Shown piece by piece: positions 25,136 through 35,886 of a stretch of 64,000 nt of DNA. A program made the translations under genes and the position numbers. The DNA comes from Anaeromyxobacteraceae bacterium (lineage in GTDB: Bacteria > Myxococcota > Myxococcia > Myxococcales > Anaeromyxobacteraceae), in NCBI GenBank assembly GCA_047602405.1, contig JASGHJ010000002.1:1792001-1856000 (forward strand), given 5' to 3'. Position 1 is the stretch's first letter; every line of letters starts with the position of its first letter. The notes below the pieces were generated by a model. It ran no database searches. It was not told the DNA's origin and saw only the letters and a program-made list of their open reading frames with translations.

Positions 25136-25738
25136 ATGAGCCCCCTCCGCACGGCCGTCGTCGCGCTCACCCTCGCCCTCTGCCCGCTCCTCGCCCGCGC
25201 CGGGGACTTCGAGGCCGCCGCGGCCAAGGCCGAGCGCATCGAGCGGCTCGACGCCTTCCTCGAGCGGTTCATCGGGCGCTGCACCGACCCCTACACGCGC
25301 GCCGAGTGCGAGAAGGGCGTCGCGAGCTTCCGCAAGGAGGCGCTCGCGCGCTCCTACGTCGTGAAGATCCAGGAGGCGACCTCGCTCGTGCAGCCGCAGC
25401 GCGAGGGCGAGGGGTTCGTGCTGCTCCTCACCCCGTTCTTCGACGGCGGCGGGCTGGCGCTCACGAACGGCACGCCGACGAAGCAGGACCCGAGCGGCAA
25501 CCCGCTCGTCGCGCTCGTGCCGGTGAAGAGCGCGCTCCCGCCCGGCGCGATGGACCTCGAGTTCCTCTCCCCGTTCCGCACGGGCGCGATCGAGCTCGAG
25601 GTGGTCTTCCAGCCGCTCAAGGCGTGGAAGATGCCGAAGAAGGGCGGGGGCTCGATCGAGGGCGTGGGCGCGAAGCTCGTTGCGGTGCGCGTGCTCGACG
25701 GCCGCACCGGCAACGAGCTCGGCTCACGCCGGATGTAG
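25136..25738 (+). CDS. Secreted hypothetical protein
   Basis: Signal peptide ending ARA, strong GC3 bias, Cys pair. Confidence 0.8.
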   Translation: MSPLRTAVVALTLALCPLLARAGDFEAAAAKAERIERLDAFLERFIGRCTDPYTRAECEKGVASFRKEALARSYVVKIQEATSLVQPQREGEGFVLLLTPFFDGGGLALTNGTPTKQDPSGNPLVALVPVKSALPPGAMDLEFLSPFRTGAIELEVVFQPLKAWKMPKKGGGSIEGVGAKLVAVRVLDGRTGNELGSRRM

Positions 25739-25743
25739 CGGCC

Positions 25744-27330
25744 CTACTGGCGGCCGCCGACCGGGACCGGGAAGAACGCGGAGCTGTCGCCGCGGCGCAC
25801 GCGCAGGAGCGCGAACTCGCCGTCCTTCATCGCGCCCACGATCTTCGCGACCTCGGCGGGCTGCTTCACCGGCTTGCGGTTCACCTCGAGGATCACGTCG
25901 CCCTCGCGGATGCCCGCGCGCTCCGCGGGGCCACCCTCGACGACCTTCAGGACGACCACGCCGGCGCCGGCCGCGAGGCCCGCCTCCTTCGCGAGCTCGG
26001 GCGTGATCGGCGAGAGCGAGAGGCCGAGCTTCGGGCTCTTGTTGCCCTGCTCCTCCCCGCCGCCCTCCTCCTCCGGCGCGCCCGCGGCGACCTCGTCGCT
26101 CGGGCGGGCCTCGACGGTCATCGTGATGGTCTTCCTCGCGCCGTTGCGGAGGATCACGACCTCCGCCTTCCCGCCCGGCTGGATGAGCGAGACGGTGCGG
26201 GTGAGCGCGCCGGACGAGTCGACGTCCTTGCCGTTCACCGAGAGGATGATGTCGCCGGGCTCGATGCCGGCCTTCGCGGCGGGCTTGTTCGCGACGACGC
26301 TCTCGACGAGCGCGCCCTTCTGGTTGGGCGGCAGGCCGAACGCCTGCGCGAGGTCCGGCACCATCGCCTGGACCGCGACGCCCATGAAGCCGCGGCTCAC
26401 CTTGCCCTTCTCCTTGAGCTGGGGCAGGAGCGCCTTCGCGATGTTGATCGGCACCGCGAAGCCGATGCCCTGGCCGAGCTGCGGGGAGACGATGGCGGTG
26501 TTGATGCCGACCACCTCGCCCCGGAGGTTGAAGAGCGGGCCGCCCGAGTTGCCCTGGTTGATGGCGGCGTCGGTCTGGAGGAAGTCGTCGAAGGTGTTGC
26601 CGGGCGAGACGCCCTCGCGGTGCTTCGCCGAGATGATGCCCAGCGTGGCCGTGTCGTTGAGGCCGAACGGGCTGCCGAGGGCGAGCACGAAGTCGCCCTG
26701 GCGGATCGCGTCGGAGTCGCCGAGGGTGACGGAGGGGAGATCCTTCGGCGGGTTGTTGAGCCGGATGAGGGCCACGTCGGTGACGGCGTCGGTGCCGACC
26801 TTCGTGGCCCGGAACTCGCGGCCGTCGGTCAGGCGGACGGTGATGTCGGTCGAGTCCTTCACCACGTGGTTGTTCGTGAGGATGAAGCCGTCGGCGTTGA
26901 GCAGGAACCCGGAGCCGAGCGACGAGCCGCGCAGCTCCGGCGGCCCCTCGCCGGGCCCGCCCGGCCCGCCCTGGCCCTGGCCGCGGCCGAAGAAGCGGTC
27001 GAAGTACTGCTGGAACTCGTCGCCGCCGCCGTTCGGGGCGCCGCGGTTGCCGCGGCGGTTCCCGCCGATGGCCGGGTGCTTCACGACGGTGTTCGTCGAG
27101 ATGTTCACGACCATCGGCTTCAGGCGATCGATGAGCGGCGCGAGCGACGTCTGGGCCGGGACGGCCGCCTCGGGCTGCGCGGCGGGCTGGGCGGAGGCTT
27201 CCTTGAAGAGCGGGCTGCTGGAGGCGGTGCGGGGGGCCTCGGGGCCGGTGGCGGCCTGGCCGTCACGCGAGCAGGCCAGGAGGGCCGCGATGAAGGCGAC
27301 GCCGAGGGCACGCTGGAGGAGCTTGCTCAT
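25744..27330 (-). CDS. degP: HtrA/DegP-family serine protease with two PDZ domains (lipoprotein)
   Basis: LLAC lipobox, LGSGF, TNNHV, TDAAINQGNSGGPL, two PDZ domains. Confidence 0.93.
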   Translation of the reverse strand: MSKLLQRALGVAFIAALLACSRDGQAATGPEAPRTASSSPLFKEASAQPAAQPEAAVPAQTSLAPLIDRLKPMVVNISTNTVVKHPAIGGNRRGNRGAPNGGGDEFQQYFDRFFGRGQGQGGPGGPGEGPPELRGSSLGSGFLLNADGFILTNNHVVKDSTDITVRLTDGREFRATKVGTDAVTDVALIRLNNPPKDLPSVTLGDSDAIRQGDFVLALGSPFGLNDTATLGIISAKHREGVSPGNTFDDFLQTDAAINQGNSGGPLFNLRGEVVGINTAIVSPQLGQGIGFAVPINIAKALLPQLKEKGKVSRGFMGVAVQAMVPDLAQAFGLPPNQKGALVESVVANKPAAKAGIEPGDIILSVNGKDVDSSGALTRTVSLIQPGGKAEVVILRNGARKTITMTVEARPSDEVAAGAPEEEGGGEEQGNKSPKLGLSLSPITPELAKEAGLAAGAGVVVLKVVEGGPAERAGIREGDVILEVNRKPVKQPAEVAKIVGAMKDGEFALLRVRRGDSSAFFPVPVGGRQ

Positions 27331-27426
27331 GGGATTTCCTTCGATTCCTCGCTGATGAGATGTCCGGTAGGGGGAGAGACGTCCTCGAGCGGTAAGACAG
27401 GCGAAAACGGATTGTATTCCAGGGGA

Positions 27427-27966
27427 TCACGCGCGGGCGAGCCGGCCGACGCGGACCCGCGCGGGCCGGAGGATCCGATCCCCGATCCGATAGCCGGCCC
27501 GGACCTCCTGCACCACCATCCCGTCCTGGGCCGGGTCGGCGACCGTCACCGCGTCGACGGCCTCGGCCAGCCGGGGGTCGAAGCGCTGCCCGGCGACCGC
27601 GAGCCGCTCGGCCCCGAGCGCGCCGATGCGCTTCGTGAGGCCCGCGAGCGAGAGCTTCACGCCCTCCACGAGGGCCGCGAGGGCGGGGCCGGCGTCGCCC
27701 GCACCGACGGCGGCGGCGAGCGCGCGCTCGAGGTCGTCCGCCGCCTCGAGGAGCGCCTGCGCCACCGCGGTGCGCTCCGCCTCGATGATCCGGGCGCGCT
27801 CGCGCTCCGCGCGCTGGCGGAAGGCCTTCTGGTCCTCGACGAGCGCGGCGTACGCGCGCGTGAGCTCGTCGATGCGGGCGGCCTGCTGGGCGAGCCTCGC
27901 GTCGCGGTCGTCGGGCGCGGGCGGGTCGGAAGGGACGTCGTCGGGCGTGGGCGTCTCGGGGTTCAC
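27427..27966 (-). CDS. grpE: Nucleotide exchange factor GrpE
   Basis: Coiled coil, DDLERAL, GQRFDP, GYRIGDRILRPARV. Confidence 0.88.
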   Translation of the reverse strand: MNPETPTPDDVPSDPPAPDDRDARLAQQAARIDELTRAYAALVEDQKAFRQRAERERARIIEAERTAVAQALLEAADDLERALAAAVGAGDAGPALAALVEGVKLSLAGLTKRIGALGAERLAVAGQRFDPRLAEAVDAVTVADPAQDGMVVQEVRAGYRIGDRILRPARVRVGRLARA

Positions 27967-28009
27967 GGCGGCGAACGTAAGCACCCGCCCCGGCGCGTCA
28001 AATGGGTCC

Positions 28010-28234
28010 TCACGGCACGGGGGGCTCGGGGTCGTCGCCCGCAGGGGCGCCGTCCCGGATGTCCACCCCGGCCGCGCGCAGGCTGTAGAAGAGCAGCCAC
28101 CGCTCCGCCGGCGAGAGGCTCCCGGGCGGCAGGGCGCGGTCGATCTCCTCGGCGGTGAGGTGCCCGCGCTGGATCCCCACCTGGAACAGGCGCTTGCGCG
28201 CCTCGTGGCTCTGGGAGACGTACTTCACGTTCAC
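28010..28234 (-). CDS. Stand-alone sigma70 region 1.1-like small protein
   Basis: [24 protein letters not shown]...[16 protein letters not shown] overlap with the ftsH stop. Confidence 0.65.
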   Translation of the reverse strand: MNVKYVSQSHEARKRLFQVGIQRGHLTAEEIDRALPPGSLSPAERWLLFYSLRAAGVDIRDGAPAGDDPEPPVP

Positions 28235-30252
28235 TCCGGCTTGCGCGCTCCCCAGCCGGGCTGCCCTTCCGCGAGCGCCACCGGCTGGCTCGGGTTCTCG
28301 GGTGGCGCCTCCTCGTGCCCGGGCCCGGCGATGCTGTCCGGCCGGGTGACCTTGGCGCCCCACAGCTGGGTCAGCTCCTCCTCCTCCACGACCTCGATGG
28401 TGAGCAGCCTCGCGGCGAGCGCCCCCAGGAGCTCGCGGTGGGTCCGCACGAGGTCCCGCGCGCGGTCGTGCGCCTCGTTCACCATCGCCTGGACCTCCCG
28501 GTCGACCTCGAGCGCGGTCTGCTCGGAGTAGGTCCGCTGCTCCATCCCCTTCACGCCCAGGAACCCCGGCCCGGAGCTGTCGCCGAGCGCGACCGGCCCG
28601 AGGCGGCTCATGCCGTAGTCCCGCACCATGAGCCGCGCGATGGCGGTCGCCTGCTGGAGGTCGTTCGACGCGCCGGTGGACGGCTCGCCGAAGACCTCCT
28701 CCTCGGCCACCCGGCCCCCGAGCAGGCCGGCCATGCGGTCGCGCAGCTCGGCGCGGGTGAGGAGGTACCGGTCCTCGATGGGGAGCTGGAGCGTGTAGCC
28801 GAGCGCGGCCACGCCGCGCGGGATGATCGACACCTTCGTGACCCGGTCGGCGAACGGGAGCTTCCAGGAGACGAGCGCGTGCCCGGCCTCGTGAAAGGCG
28901 ACGATCTCCTTCTCGCGCTCGTTGATGCGGCGGCTCTTCTTCTGTAGCCCCGCCACCACCCGCTCCACCGCCTCCTCGAACTCGGCGCGGGTGACCGAGG
29001 TCTTGCCGCGGCGCGCGGCCAGCAGCGCCGCCTCGTTCACGACGTTCGCGAGGTCGGCGCCGGCGAACCCCGGCGTCCGCGCCGCGACGACCCGCAGGTC
29101 GACGTCCGGCCCGAGCTTCACCTGCCGTGCGTGGATCCGGAGGATTTGCTCGCGGCCCGCCTTGTCGGGCCGGTCGACCAGCACCTGGCGATCGAACCGG
29201 CCGGGGCGGAGCAGCGCCGGGTCGAGGATCTCCGGGCGGTTGGTCGCGCCCATGATGATGAGCCCGGCGCGGGCGTCGAAGCCGTCCATCTCGGCGAGGA
29301 GCTGGTTCAGCGTCTGCTCCCGCTCGTCGTGCCCGCCGACCATGCCCGAGTTGCGCGACTTCCCGAGCGCGTCGAGCTCGTCGATGAAGACGATGCAGGG
29401 CGCCTTCTGCGCGGCCTGCTGGAAGAGGTCGCGCACCCGGGCGGCGCCGACGCCGACGAACATCTCGACGAACTCCGAGCCCGAGAGCGAGAAGAACGCG
29501 ACCCCGGCCTCGCCGGCGGTGGCGCGCGCGAGCAGGGTCTTGCCGGTCCCGGGCGGGCCGATGAGCAGCACGCCCTTCGGGATGCGGCCGCCGAGCTTGC
29601 GGTACTTCTCGGGCGTCTTCAGGAAGTCGACGATCTCCTGCAGCTCCTCCACCGCCTCGTCGATGCCCGCCACGTCGCCGAAGGTGATGCCCGTGTCGGG
29701 CTCGACGTGCACCCGCGCGCGCGTCTTGCCGAACGCCATCACCCCCGGCGGCCCCTGGCCCATCTGCCCGGACATCCGGCGCATCATCCAGGCCCAGAAC
29801 AGGAGCCCCAGCGCGATCGGCGCGATCCAGATCCAGAACAGGTCGCCCATCCCGCCCCCCGCCACCGCGTCGTAAGGGATGCCCTTCTGCTCGATCAGCG
29901 GCACGAGCTCGGCGTCGCCGCCCGGCACGCGGCTCGCCACGTACGGCAGGGCCGGGCCCCCGCCCCGCGCGCCCTCGGCCGCCGGCTTCGGCACGCCGCG
30001 GACCCACTCCGGCCCGATCACCACGCGCTCGAAGGCGCCCTGCCGGACCATCTCCTTCCACTGCGAGTACGGGAGCCGGCGGACGCCGACGTCCTGGAAC
30101 GCGCGGAAGAGGAAGATCGCGAGCGCCACGAGCACGAGCCACGCGATGGGCGAGGCGAGCGGCAGCTTCGGACGCCCCGGCGAGCGCTCGCCGCGCTGCC
30201 CGCTCGTCTTCCTGTCGTCCGAGGACACGGGTGACGGTTCCTTCCCGGGCAA
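28231..30252 (-). CDS. ftsH: ATP-dependent zinc metalloprotease FtsH (start uncertain)
   Basis: 2 [27 protein letters not shown]. Confidence 0.97.
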   Translation of the reverse strand: MPGKEPSPVSSDDRKTSGQRGERSPGRPKLPLASPIAWLVLVALAIFLFRAFQDVGVRRLPYSQWKEMVRQGAFERVVIGPEWVRGVPKPAAEGARGGGPALPYVASRVPGGDAELVPLIEQKGIPYDAVAGGGMGDLFWIWIAPIALGLLFWAWMMRRMSGQMGQGPPGVMAFGKTRARVHVEPDTGITFGDVAGIDEAVEELQEIVDFLKTPEKYRKLGGRIPKGVLLIGPPGTGKTLLARATAGEAGVAFFSLSGSEFVEMFVGVGAARVRDLFQQAAQKAPCIVFIDELDALGKSRNSGMVGGHDEREQTLNQLLAEMDGFDARAGLIIMGATNRPEILDPALLRPGRFDRQVLVDRPDKAGREQILRIHARQVKLGPDVDLRVVAARTPGFAGADLANVVNEAALLAARRGKTSVTRAEFEEAVERVVAGLQKKSRRINEREKEIVAFHEAGHALVSWKLPFADRVTKVSIIPRGVAALGYTLQLPIEDRYLLTRAELRDRMAGLLGGRVAEEEVFGEPSTGASNDLQQATAIARLMVRDYGMSRLGPVALGDSSGPGFLGVKGMEQRTYSEQTALEVDREVQAMVNEAHDRARDLVRTHRELLGALAARLLTIEVVEEEELTQLWGAKVTRPDSIAGPGHEEAPPENPSQPVALAEGQPGWGARKPE

Positions 30253-30379
30253 AAGTGCTCACGCGGCCGGGGGGTGGCCACGGCGGGGTGCCGGGAAGGG
30301 TGACGCTGGTGACGTCCTGCGACTTCGGCCAGCCCTCCGGGGCGGCCTCACCGCGGGGCGGACATGCCGGCCCGGGGCC

Positions 30380-30772
30380 TCAGAGCCCGAGCAGCTTCGC
30401 GACGGTCTTCTCGTCGGCGGCCGGGAACTCGTACTGGTCGAGCTCCTCGGGGCGCACCCAGCGGTGGGCGTGCACGCGCAGGTGCTGGATGGGCTCGCCC
30501 GAGACGAGGCGGCACCGGTAGACGCAGAAGTCGATGTCGTAGCCCTCGTAGGCGTGCTCGACGTGGACCACGCGGTCGGCGACCGCCACCTGGATCCGCA
30601 TCTCCTCGGAGAGCTCCCGCGCCAGCGCGGCCTCGTCCGTCTCGCCCGCCTCGACGCGTCCGCCGGGGAACTCCCAGAGCAGCGGCAGCGACGCCGTCGG
30701 GGGGCGCTGGGTGATGAGGTAGCGCCCGTCCTTCTCGATCATCGCCCCCACGACTCGGATCTTCCGGCGCAT
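30380..30772 (-). CDS. NUDIX hydrolase (MutT/NudG-like)
   Basis: WEFPGGRVEAGETDEAALARELSEE, FPAAD. Confidence 0.9.
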   Translation of the reverse strand: MRRKIRVVGAMIEKDGRYLITQRPPTASLPLLWEFPGGRVEAGETDEAALARELSEEMRIQVAVADRVVHVEHAYEGYDIDFCVYRCRLVSGEPIQHLRVHAHRWVRPEELDQYEFPAADEKTVAKLLGL

Positions 30773-30848
30773 CACGCCTCTCGCTCTCGCCACTGCTCCC
30801 TCGGGGATGCCCCGCGCGGCGGGCGCGCATTGTAGAATTTCAGCCACG

Positions 30849-32228
30849 ATGCCGTCCATCCGCTTCCTCGGTGCCGCCGGGACCGTCACCGGGTCCCGCT
30901 TCCTCGTCGAGGCCGACGGGGCGCGGGTGCTCGTGGACACCGGGCTCTTCCAGGGCCACAAGGAGCTCCGGCTGCGCAACCGGGAGCCCTGGCCCCTCGA
31001 GCCGGCGAGCCTCCAGGCGGTCGTCCTCACCCACGCCCACATCGATCACACCGGGGCGCTGCCGCTCCTCGTCCGCGAGGGCTACCGGGGTCCGGTCCAC
31101 TGCACCCCGGCGACCCGGGACCTCTGCGGCCTGCTCCTGCCCGACTCGGGCCGGCTGCAGGAGGAAGAGTCCCGCTACGCGAACCGGAAGGGCTACTCGA
31201 AGCACGCCCCGTCGGCGGCGCCGCTCTACACCGAGGCCGACGCGGTCAGGGCGCTCCGGCAGCTCACCCCGGTCGCGTACGGGGAGCGGCGGCCGATCGC
31301 CCCGGGGATCACCCTCACCTTCCGCCGCGCCGGGCACATCCTCGGGTCGGCCACGGTCGAGCTCGCGCTCGCGGGCGGCGAGCGGGTGCTCTTCTCCGGG
31401 GACCTCGGCCGGTACGACGCCCCGATCCTGCCCGACCCCGAGGCCGGCGTCGCCACCGACACCCTCGTGGTCGAGAGCACGTACGGCGGTCGGCGCCACG
31501 ACGCCGCGCCGGCGCGGGAGCTCCTGCGGGACGAGGTGCTCCGGGCCGTGAAGCAGGGCGGCGTCGTCGTCGTGCCCGCCTTCGCGATCGGGCGGACCCA
31601 GGAGCTCCTCTTCGAGCTCCGCGCGCTCGAGCGGGCGGGGGAGATCCCCGAGGTGCCGGTCTTCGTCGACTCGCCGATGGCGGTGGACGCGACGCCGCTC
31701 TTCCTCGCCCACCGGGAGGACCACGACGACGAGTTCGCCCGCCTGATCGCGGAGGGCGAGGAGCCCCTCCGCCCGGCGAAGGTCCGGTTCTGCCGCTCGG
31801 CCGAGCAGTCGAAGGCCATCAACGCGGCGAAGGGCCCCTGCATCATCATGTCGGCCTCCGGCATGGCGACCGGCGGGCGCGTGCTCCACCACCTCGCGAA
31901 CCGGCTGCCCGACCCCAGGACGACGGTCCTCCTCGTCGGCTACCAGGCGGCCGGCACCCGGGGCTGGAGCCTCCAGAACGGGGCCCGCACCCTGCGGATG
32001 TTCGGCACCGACGTGGAGGTCAAGGCGCGGGTGGCGACCCTCGGCGGCTTCTCCGCGCACGCCGACGAGGCCGAGGTCGAGCGCTGGCTCGCGACCTTCC
32101 CCTCGCGCCCGAAGCGCACCTTCCTCGTGCACGGCGAGCCCGCCGCGCTCGCCGCCGCGCGGGCGCGGATGGACCGCATGGGCTGGCCCGCCGAGGTGCC
32201 CGCCCACCTGCAGGAGTTCGACCTGTGA
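30849..32228 (+). CDS. Metallo-beta-lactamase/beta-CASP ribonuclease family protein
   Basis: THAHIDH, AGHILGS, FSGD, ESTYG, FSAHAD, VHGE. Confidence 0.93.
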   Translation: MPSIRFLGAAGTVTGSRFLVEADGARVLVDTGLFQGHKELRLRNREPWPLEPASLQAVVLTHAHIDHTGALPLLVREGYRGPVHCTPATRDLCGLLLPDSGRLQEEESRYANRKGYSKHAPSAAPLYTEADAVRALRQLTPVAYGERRPIAPGITLTFRRAGHILGSATVELALAGGERVLFSGDLGRYDAPILPDPEAGVATDTLVVESTYGGRRHDAAPARELLRDEVLRAVKQGGVVVVPAFAIGRTQELLFELRALERAGEIPEVPVFVDSPMAVDATPLFLAHREDHDDEFARLIAEGEEPLRPAKVRFCRSAEQSKAINAAKGPCIIMSASGMATGGRVLHHLANRLPDPRTTVLLVGYQAAGTRGWSLQNGARTLRMFGTDVEVKARVATLGGFSAHADEAEVERWLATFPSRPKRTFLVHGEPAALAAARARMDRMGWPAEVPAHLQEFDL

Positions 32229-33493
32229 GCCCTCGCCGGGCGCTCGTCCTCGCCGGTGGCGGCGCCCGGGGCGCGTACGGCGCCGGCGTCGTCCGCTACC
32301 TCCGCGGCGAGCTCGCCCACGACCTCGGGCGCCAGCCGCGCCTCGACCTCCTCGCCGGGACGAGCATCGGCGCCATCAACGCCTGCTTCGTCGGCTCCAC
32401 CGCGCACGCGCTCGACACCCAGGGAGAGGCGCTCGCCGACGTGTGGCGGAGCCTCAGGCTCGAGGAGGTCTTCCACTGGAGCGCGCTCGACCCGTGGGGC
32501 CTCGCCCGACGGGCGTGGTCCTTCTACAAGGACCTGCGCAGCCCCGGCTCGCTCCTCCGGCTCTCCGACTTCGTGCAGCCCGACGCGCTCCGGCGCCTCG
32601 TCGAGCAGCGCATCGACTGGGGCCGGCTGCACGAGAACGTGCGGCGGGGGCTCGTGCAGGCGCTCACGGTGATCGCGACCGACCTCGGCACCGGCAAGGC
32701 GGTCGTCTTCGTCGAGTCGCGGGAGCGGCCGCCGGCGTTCCCCGACGATCCGAACGTCGAGGTGCGGGCCCGCCCGCTCGGGCCGGAGCACGCGCTCGCC
32801 TCGGGCGCCCTCCCCCTCCTCTTCCGGCCCGTCTCGATCGAGGGCTCCTGGTTCTCCGACGGCTTCCTGAAGCAGAACGTGCCGCTCCTGCCCGTGCTCC
32901 GGCTCGGGGCCGAGCGCATCCTGGTGGTCGTGCAGCGCGACCCGCCGCGCCCTCACCCCGAGCCGCGCCTCGACCCCGGCTCGCCCCCCACCACGGCCGC
33001 CCAGGTGGGCCGCGTGCTCTCCGCGCTCATGGTCGACGGGACCGACCGCGAGCTCGCCCGCATGCACGGCGTGAACGCGCTCCTCGACGAGGGCGAGCGG
33101 ACCTTCGGCGCCGGCTTCGCCGCCCGGCTCGCCGCGCTCGCGGAGCAGGGCCTGGGCTACCCGCTCGCGCGCGTGCAGGAGCTCGTGGTCCGCCCGTCGC
33201 AGGACCTCGGCGACATCGCCCGCGAGCACGCGCGGCGGCGGCTTCGGGCCATGCGCCCGGGCACGCTCGCCGCGCGGCTCCTGCGCCGCGCCGCGGAGGA
33301 GGCGGAGGGGCAGGACGACGGCTCGGCGGACCTCGCGAGCTACCTCCTCTTCGACCGCGACTACGCCGAGGACCTCATCGAGCTCGGCACGGCCGACGCC
33401 CGCGCGCGCCGCGAGGAGCTCGCCGCGTTCTTCGACGACGCCGGCGCCGCGGGCGAGGCCCCCCGCGCCGCGGCCGAGGCCCGCTCGGCGTGA
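32225..33493 (+). CDS. Patatin-like phospholipase
   Basis: GGGARG, GTSIG, DG motif. Confidence 0.88.
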   Translation: MSPRRALVLAGGGARGAYGAGVVRYLRGELAHDLGRQPRLDLLAGTSIGAINACFVGSTAHALDTQGEALADVWRSLRLEEVFHWSALDPWGLARRAWSFYKDLRSPGSLLRLSDFVQPDALRRLVEQRIDWGRLHENVRRGLVQALTVIATDLGTGKAVVFVESRERPPAFPDDPNVEVRARPLGPEHALASGALPLLFRPVSIEGSWFSDGFLKQNVPLLPVLRLGAERILVVVQRDPPRPHPEPRLDPGSPPTTAAQVGRVLSALMVDGTDRELARMHGVNALLDEGERTFGAGFAARLAALAEQGLGYPLARVQELVVRPSQDLGDIAREHARRRLRAMRPGTLAARLLRRAAEEAEGQDDGSADLASYLLFDRDYAEDLIELGTADARARREELAAFFDDAGAAGEAPRAAAEARSA

Positions 33494-34329
33494 GCCTCCT
33501 CCGCCCGGGCACGCTCCTCGACGGCGGGATGGCGACCGGCCTGTACGCCCGCGGCATGCCCCCGGAGGCGCTCCCGGAGGAGTGGGTGCTCGCGCGTCCG
33601 GAGGACGTCGCCGCCGTGCACGCCGGCCACTTCCGCGCCGGCGCCCGCGTCGTGCTCACGGCAACGTTCAACCTCGTGACGCCGCGGCTCTCCGCGCGCC
33701 TCGGCGAGGACAGGGACGGCCTCGTCGCGGCCACGGCGGTCGGGCTCGCCCGCGCGGCCGCCCCCGGCGCGCGCGTGGCGGGCGCGCTCGGGCCGACCGC
33801 CGTGCCGGGCGCCACGCCCGAGCTCGTCGCGGCGAGGTACGAGCTCGCGTGCCGCGCCCTCGCCGACGCCGGGGCCGACCTCGCCTGGCTCGAGACGCAG
33901 CTCGAGCTCGGCGAGGCGCTCGCGGCCCTCGCCGCCGCGCGGCGCGCGGGGCTCGCCGCGGTGGTCACCTTCACGTTCCGGGAGGAGCGCGGGCGCCTCG
34001 TCGGCGGCGACGGCGCGCCCGCCGAGGCCTGGCTGTCGGCCGCGGCCGCGCTCGGCGCGACGGCGGTGGGGGTGAACTGCGTGGCGGCGAGTCCCGCGCT
34101 CGCGCGGGTCGCCTTCGCGGCGCAGGCCCTCACGGTCCCCTTCGTCGTGAAGCCCAGCCCCGGGCCGCCGGGCGCGCTCCAGGCGCCGGAGGCGTTCGCG
34201 CGCGCGGTCGCGCCGGTGGTCGAGGCCGGGGCGCGCATCGTCGGCGGCTGCTGCGGCGCCGGGCCGGAGCACCTCGCCGCGCTCGCGCCGCTCGTGGCGG
34301 CGGCGGCCGCTCAGGTCGCGCGCGGGTAG
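33490..34329 (+). CDS. Stand-alone homocysteine S-methyltransferase family protein
   Basis: LLDGGMAT, GALGP, GVNC, GGCCG zinc ligands. Confidence 0.85.
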   Translation: MSLLRPGTLLDGGMATGLYARGMPPEALPEEWVLARPEDVAAVHAGHFRAGARVVLTATFNLVTPRLSARLGEDRDGLVAATAVGLARAAAPGARVAGALGPTAVPGATPELVAARYELACRALADAGADLAWLETQLELGEALAALAAARRAGLAAVVTFTFREERGRLVGGDGAPAEAWLSAAAALGATAVGVNCVAASPALARVAFAAQALTVPFVVKPSPGPPGALQAPEAFARAVAPVVEAGARIVGGCCGAGPEHLAALAPLVAAAAAQVARG

Positions 34330-35129
34330 CTGCCGAGCAGGATCAACCGGTCCACCCGGGACCGCACGCCCTCGAGCGCGGCGGCGCCGGCCGGGTCGAG
34401 CCGGTGCCCCTCGAAGTCCACGAAGAACACGTAGTGCCCGAGCGCCTGCTTCATGGGCCGGCTCTCGAGGCGCGAGAGGTTGATGCCGCGCCCGGCGAGC
34501 TCGCCCAGGATCTCGTGGAGCCCGCCCGGACGGTCGCGATCGAGGGTGAACGCGATGGACGTGCGGTCCGCGCCCGTGGGCGCCTCGTCGGCCCGGGCGA
34601 GGAGCAGGAAGCGCGTGACGTTCTCGGGCGAGTCCTGGATCCGCTCCGCGAGCGGCACGAGCCCGAACCTCGCCGCCGCGGCCCGGCCCGCGATGGCGGC
34701 GAGCCCCGGGCCGCCCTCGGCGACCTTCCGCGCGGCCTCGGCCGTCGAGAGCGTGGGCTCGAGGCCCACCCCGGGCAGGCGCTCGCGCAGGAACCGGGCG
34801 CACTGGCCGAGCGGCTGCGGGTGAGAGAGCACGCGGGTCACGCCGGCGAGCGACGCGCCCGCCCGCGCGAGCAGGTGCTGGTCCACGGGCAGGTTGAGCT
34901 CGCGGCGGACGAGCGGCCCCGGCTCGTGGACCATGAGGTCGAGCGTCGCGCCGACGCTGCCCTCGATGGAGTTCTCGACCGGGAGGAGCGCGCCGTCGAC
35001 CTCGCCCCGGCGCAGGGCCGCGTAGGCGTCGGCGAACGTCGGGAACGGCACCGCCTCGTGGGCGAGCTCGCACCGCGACACCGCCTCCTCGCTGAAGGTG
35101 CCCGGCGGACCGAGGTACGCGACGCGCAT
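34311..35129 (-). CDS. pheA: Prephenate dehydratase
   Basis: AYLGPPGTFSE, PVENSIEG, SHPQ, NVTRF, ACT domain with ESRP. Confidence 0.93.
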   Translation of the reverse strand: MRVAYLGPPGTFSEEAVSRCELAHEAVPFPTFADAYAALRRGEVDGALLPVENSIEGSVGATLDLMVHEPGPLVRRELNLPVDQHLLARAGASLAGVTRVLSHPQPLGQCARFLRERLPGVGLEPTLSTAEAARKVAEGGPGLAAIAGRAAAARFGLVPLAERIQDSPENVTRFLLLARADEAPTGADRTSIAFTLDRDRPGGLHEILGELAGRGINLSRLESRPMKQALGHYVFFVDFEGHRLDPAGAAALEGVRSRVDRLILLGSYPRAT

Positions 35130-35139
35130 CCTCGCGACC

Positions 35140-35820
35140 CTAGCACCTCTCCCCGGCGCGGGCGCCGAGGAAGCGCGCCACGACGTCCGGCAGCGCGCGG
35201 ACGTCGTCGGCCCACGCATCGGGGCGCGCCGTCGCGAGCGTCTCCCGGGTGCAGGCGCCCCAGGTGGCCGCGATCGAGAACACGCCGGCGGCGCGCGCGG
35301 CCTCGAGGTCGTGCACCGAGTCCCCGACGAGTACGGCCTCGGCGGGGGCGCGCTCGAGCCGCGCGAGCGCGACGAGCACCGGATCGGGGAACGGCTTCGC
35401 GCGGGGCGCGCTGTCGGCCCCCACGACCGCCCCGAGGTGCGGCAGGAGCCCGACGTGGCGGAGCGTGCGCAGCGCGCCGGCCTCGAGCTTGGCCGTCACG
35501 ATGCCGAGCGGGTGACCGGCCGCCGCGAACCCCGTCACCACCTCGACCGCGCCGGGGAAGGCCCGCGTGCGCGCGTCGTGCTCGGCCACCCAGAAGGCGC
35601 GGTAGCGGTCGAAGAGGCGGTCGACGTCCGAGGGGTCGCGCGCGAAGCCGGTGAGCTGGTCGCGGAGCGGCGTGCCGATGCCGGCGATCCACTCCGCGTC
35701 GGTCGGGCAGCGGCCGTAGCCCTCGAAGGCGTGCCGCACGGAGGCGAGGATGAACGGGATGGTGTCGACGAGCGTGCCGTCGAGGTCGAAGAGGATGGCG
35801 ATCGGGGCACGGGAGGACAA
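35140..35820 (-). CDS. HAD-family hydrolase (PpaX/Gph-like; start uncertain)
   Basis: FDLDGTLVD, KPFPDP, VGDSVHD. Confidence 0.88.
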   Translation of the reverse strand: MSSRAPIAILFDLDGTLVDTIPFILASVRHAFEGYGRCPTDAEWIAGIGTPLRDQLTGFARDPSDVDRLFDRYRAFWVAEHDARTRAFPGAVEVVTGFAAAGHPLGIVTAKLEAGALRTLRHVGLLPHLGAVVGADSAPRAKPFPDPVLVALARLERAPAEAVLVGDSVHDLEAARAAGVFSIAATWGACTRETLATARPDAWADDVRALPDVVARFLGARAGERC

Positions 35821-35886
35821 GCGGTCCCGGAGGATAGTGCAAAAGCCCTTCACGGCCGAGCGCCGGTGCGCATCGTACGGTCCGAC

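Noticed and set aside
24529..28158. Long plus-strand ORFs (1209 aa here; similarly 45044-48127 and 51004-53922)
   Set aside because: Antisense shadows of real genes, expected in high-GC DNA; Arg/Gly/Ala-rich with no motifs.
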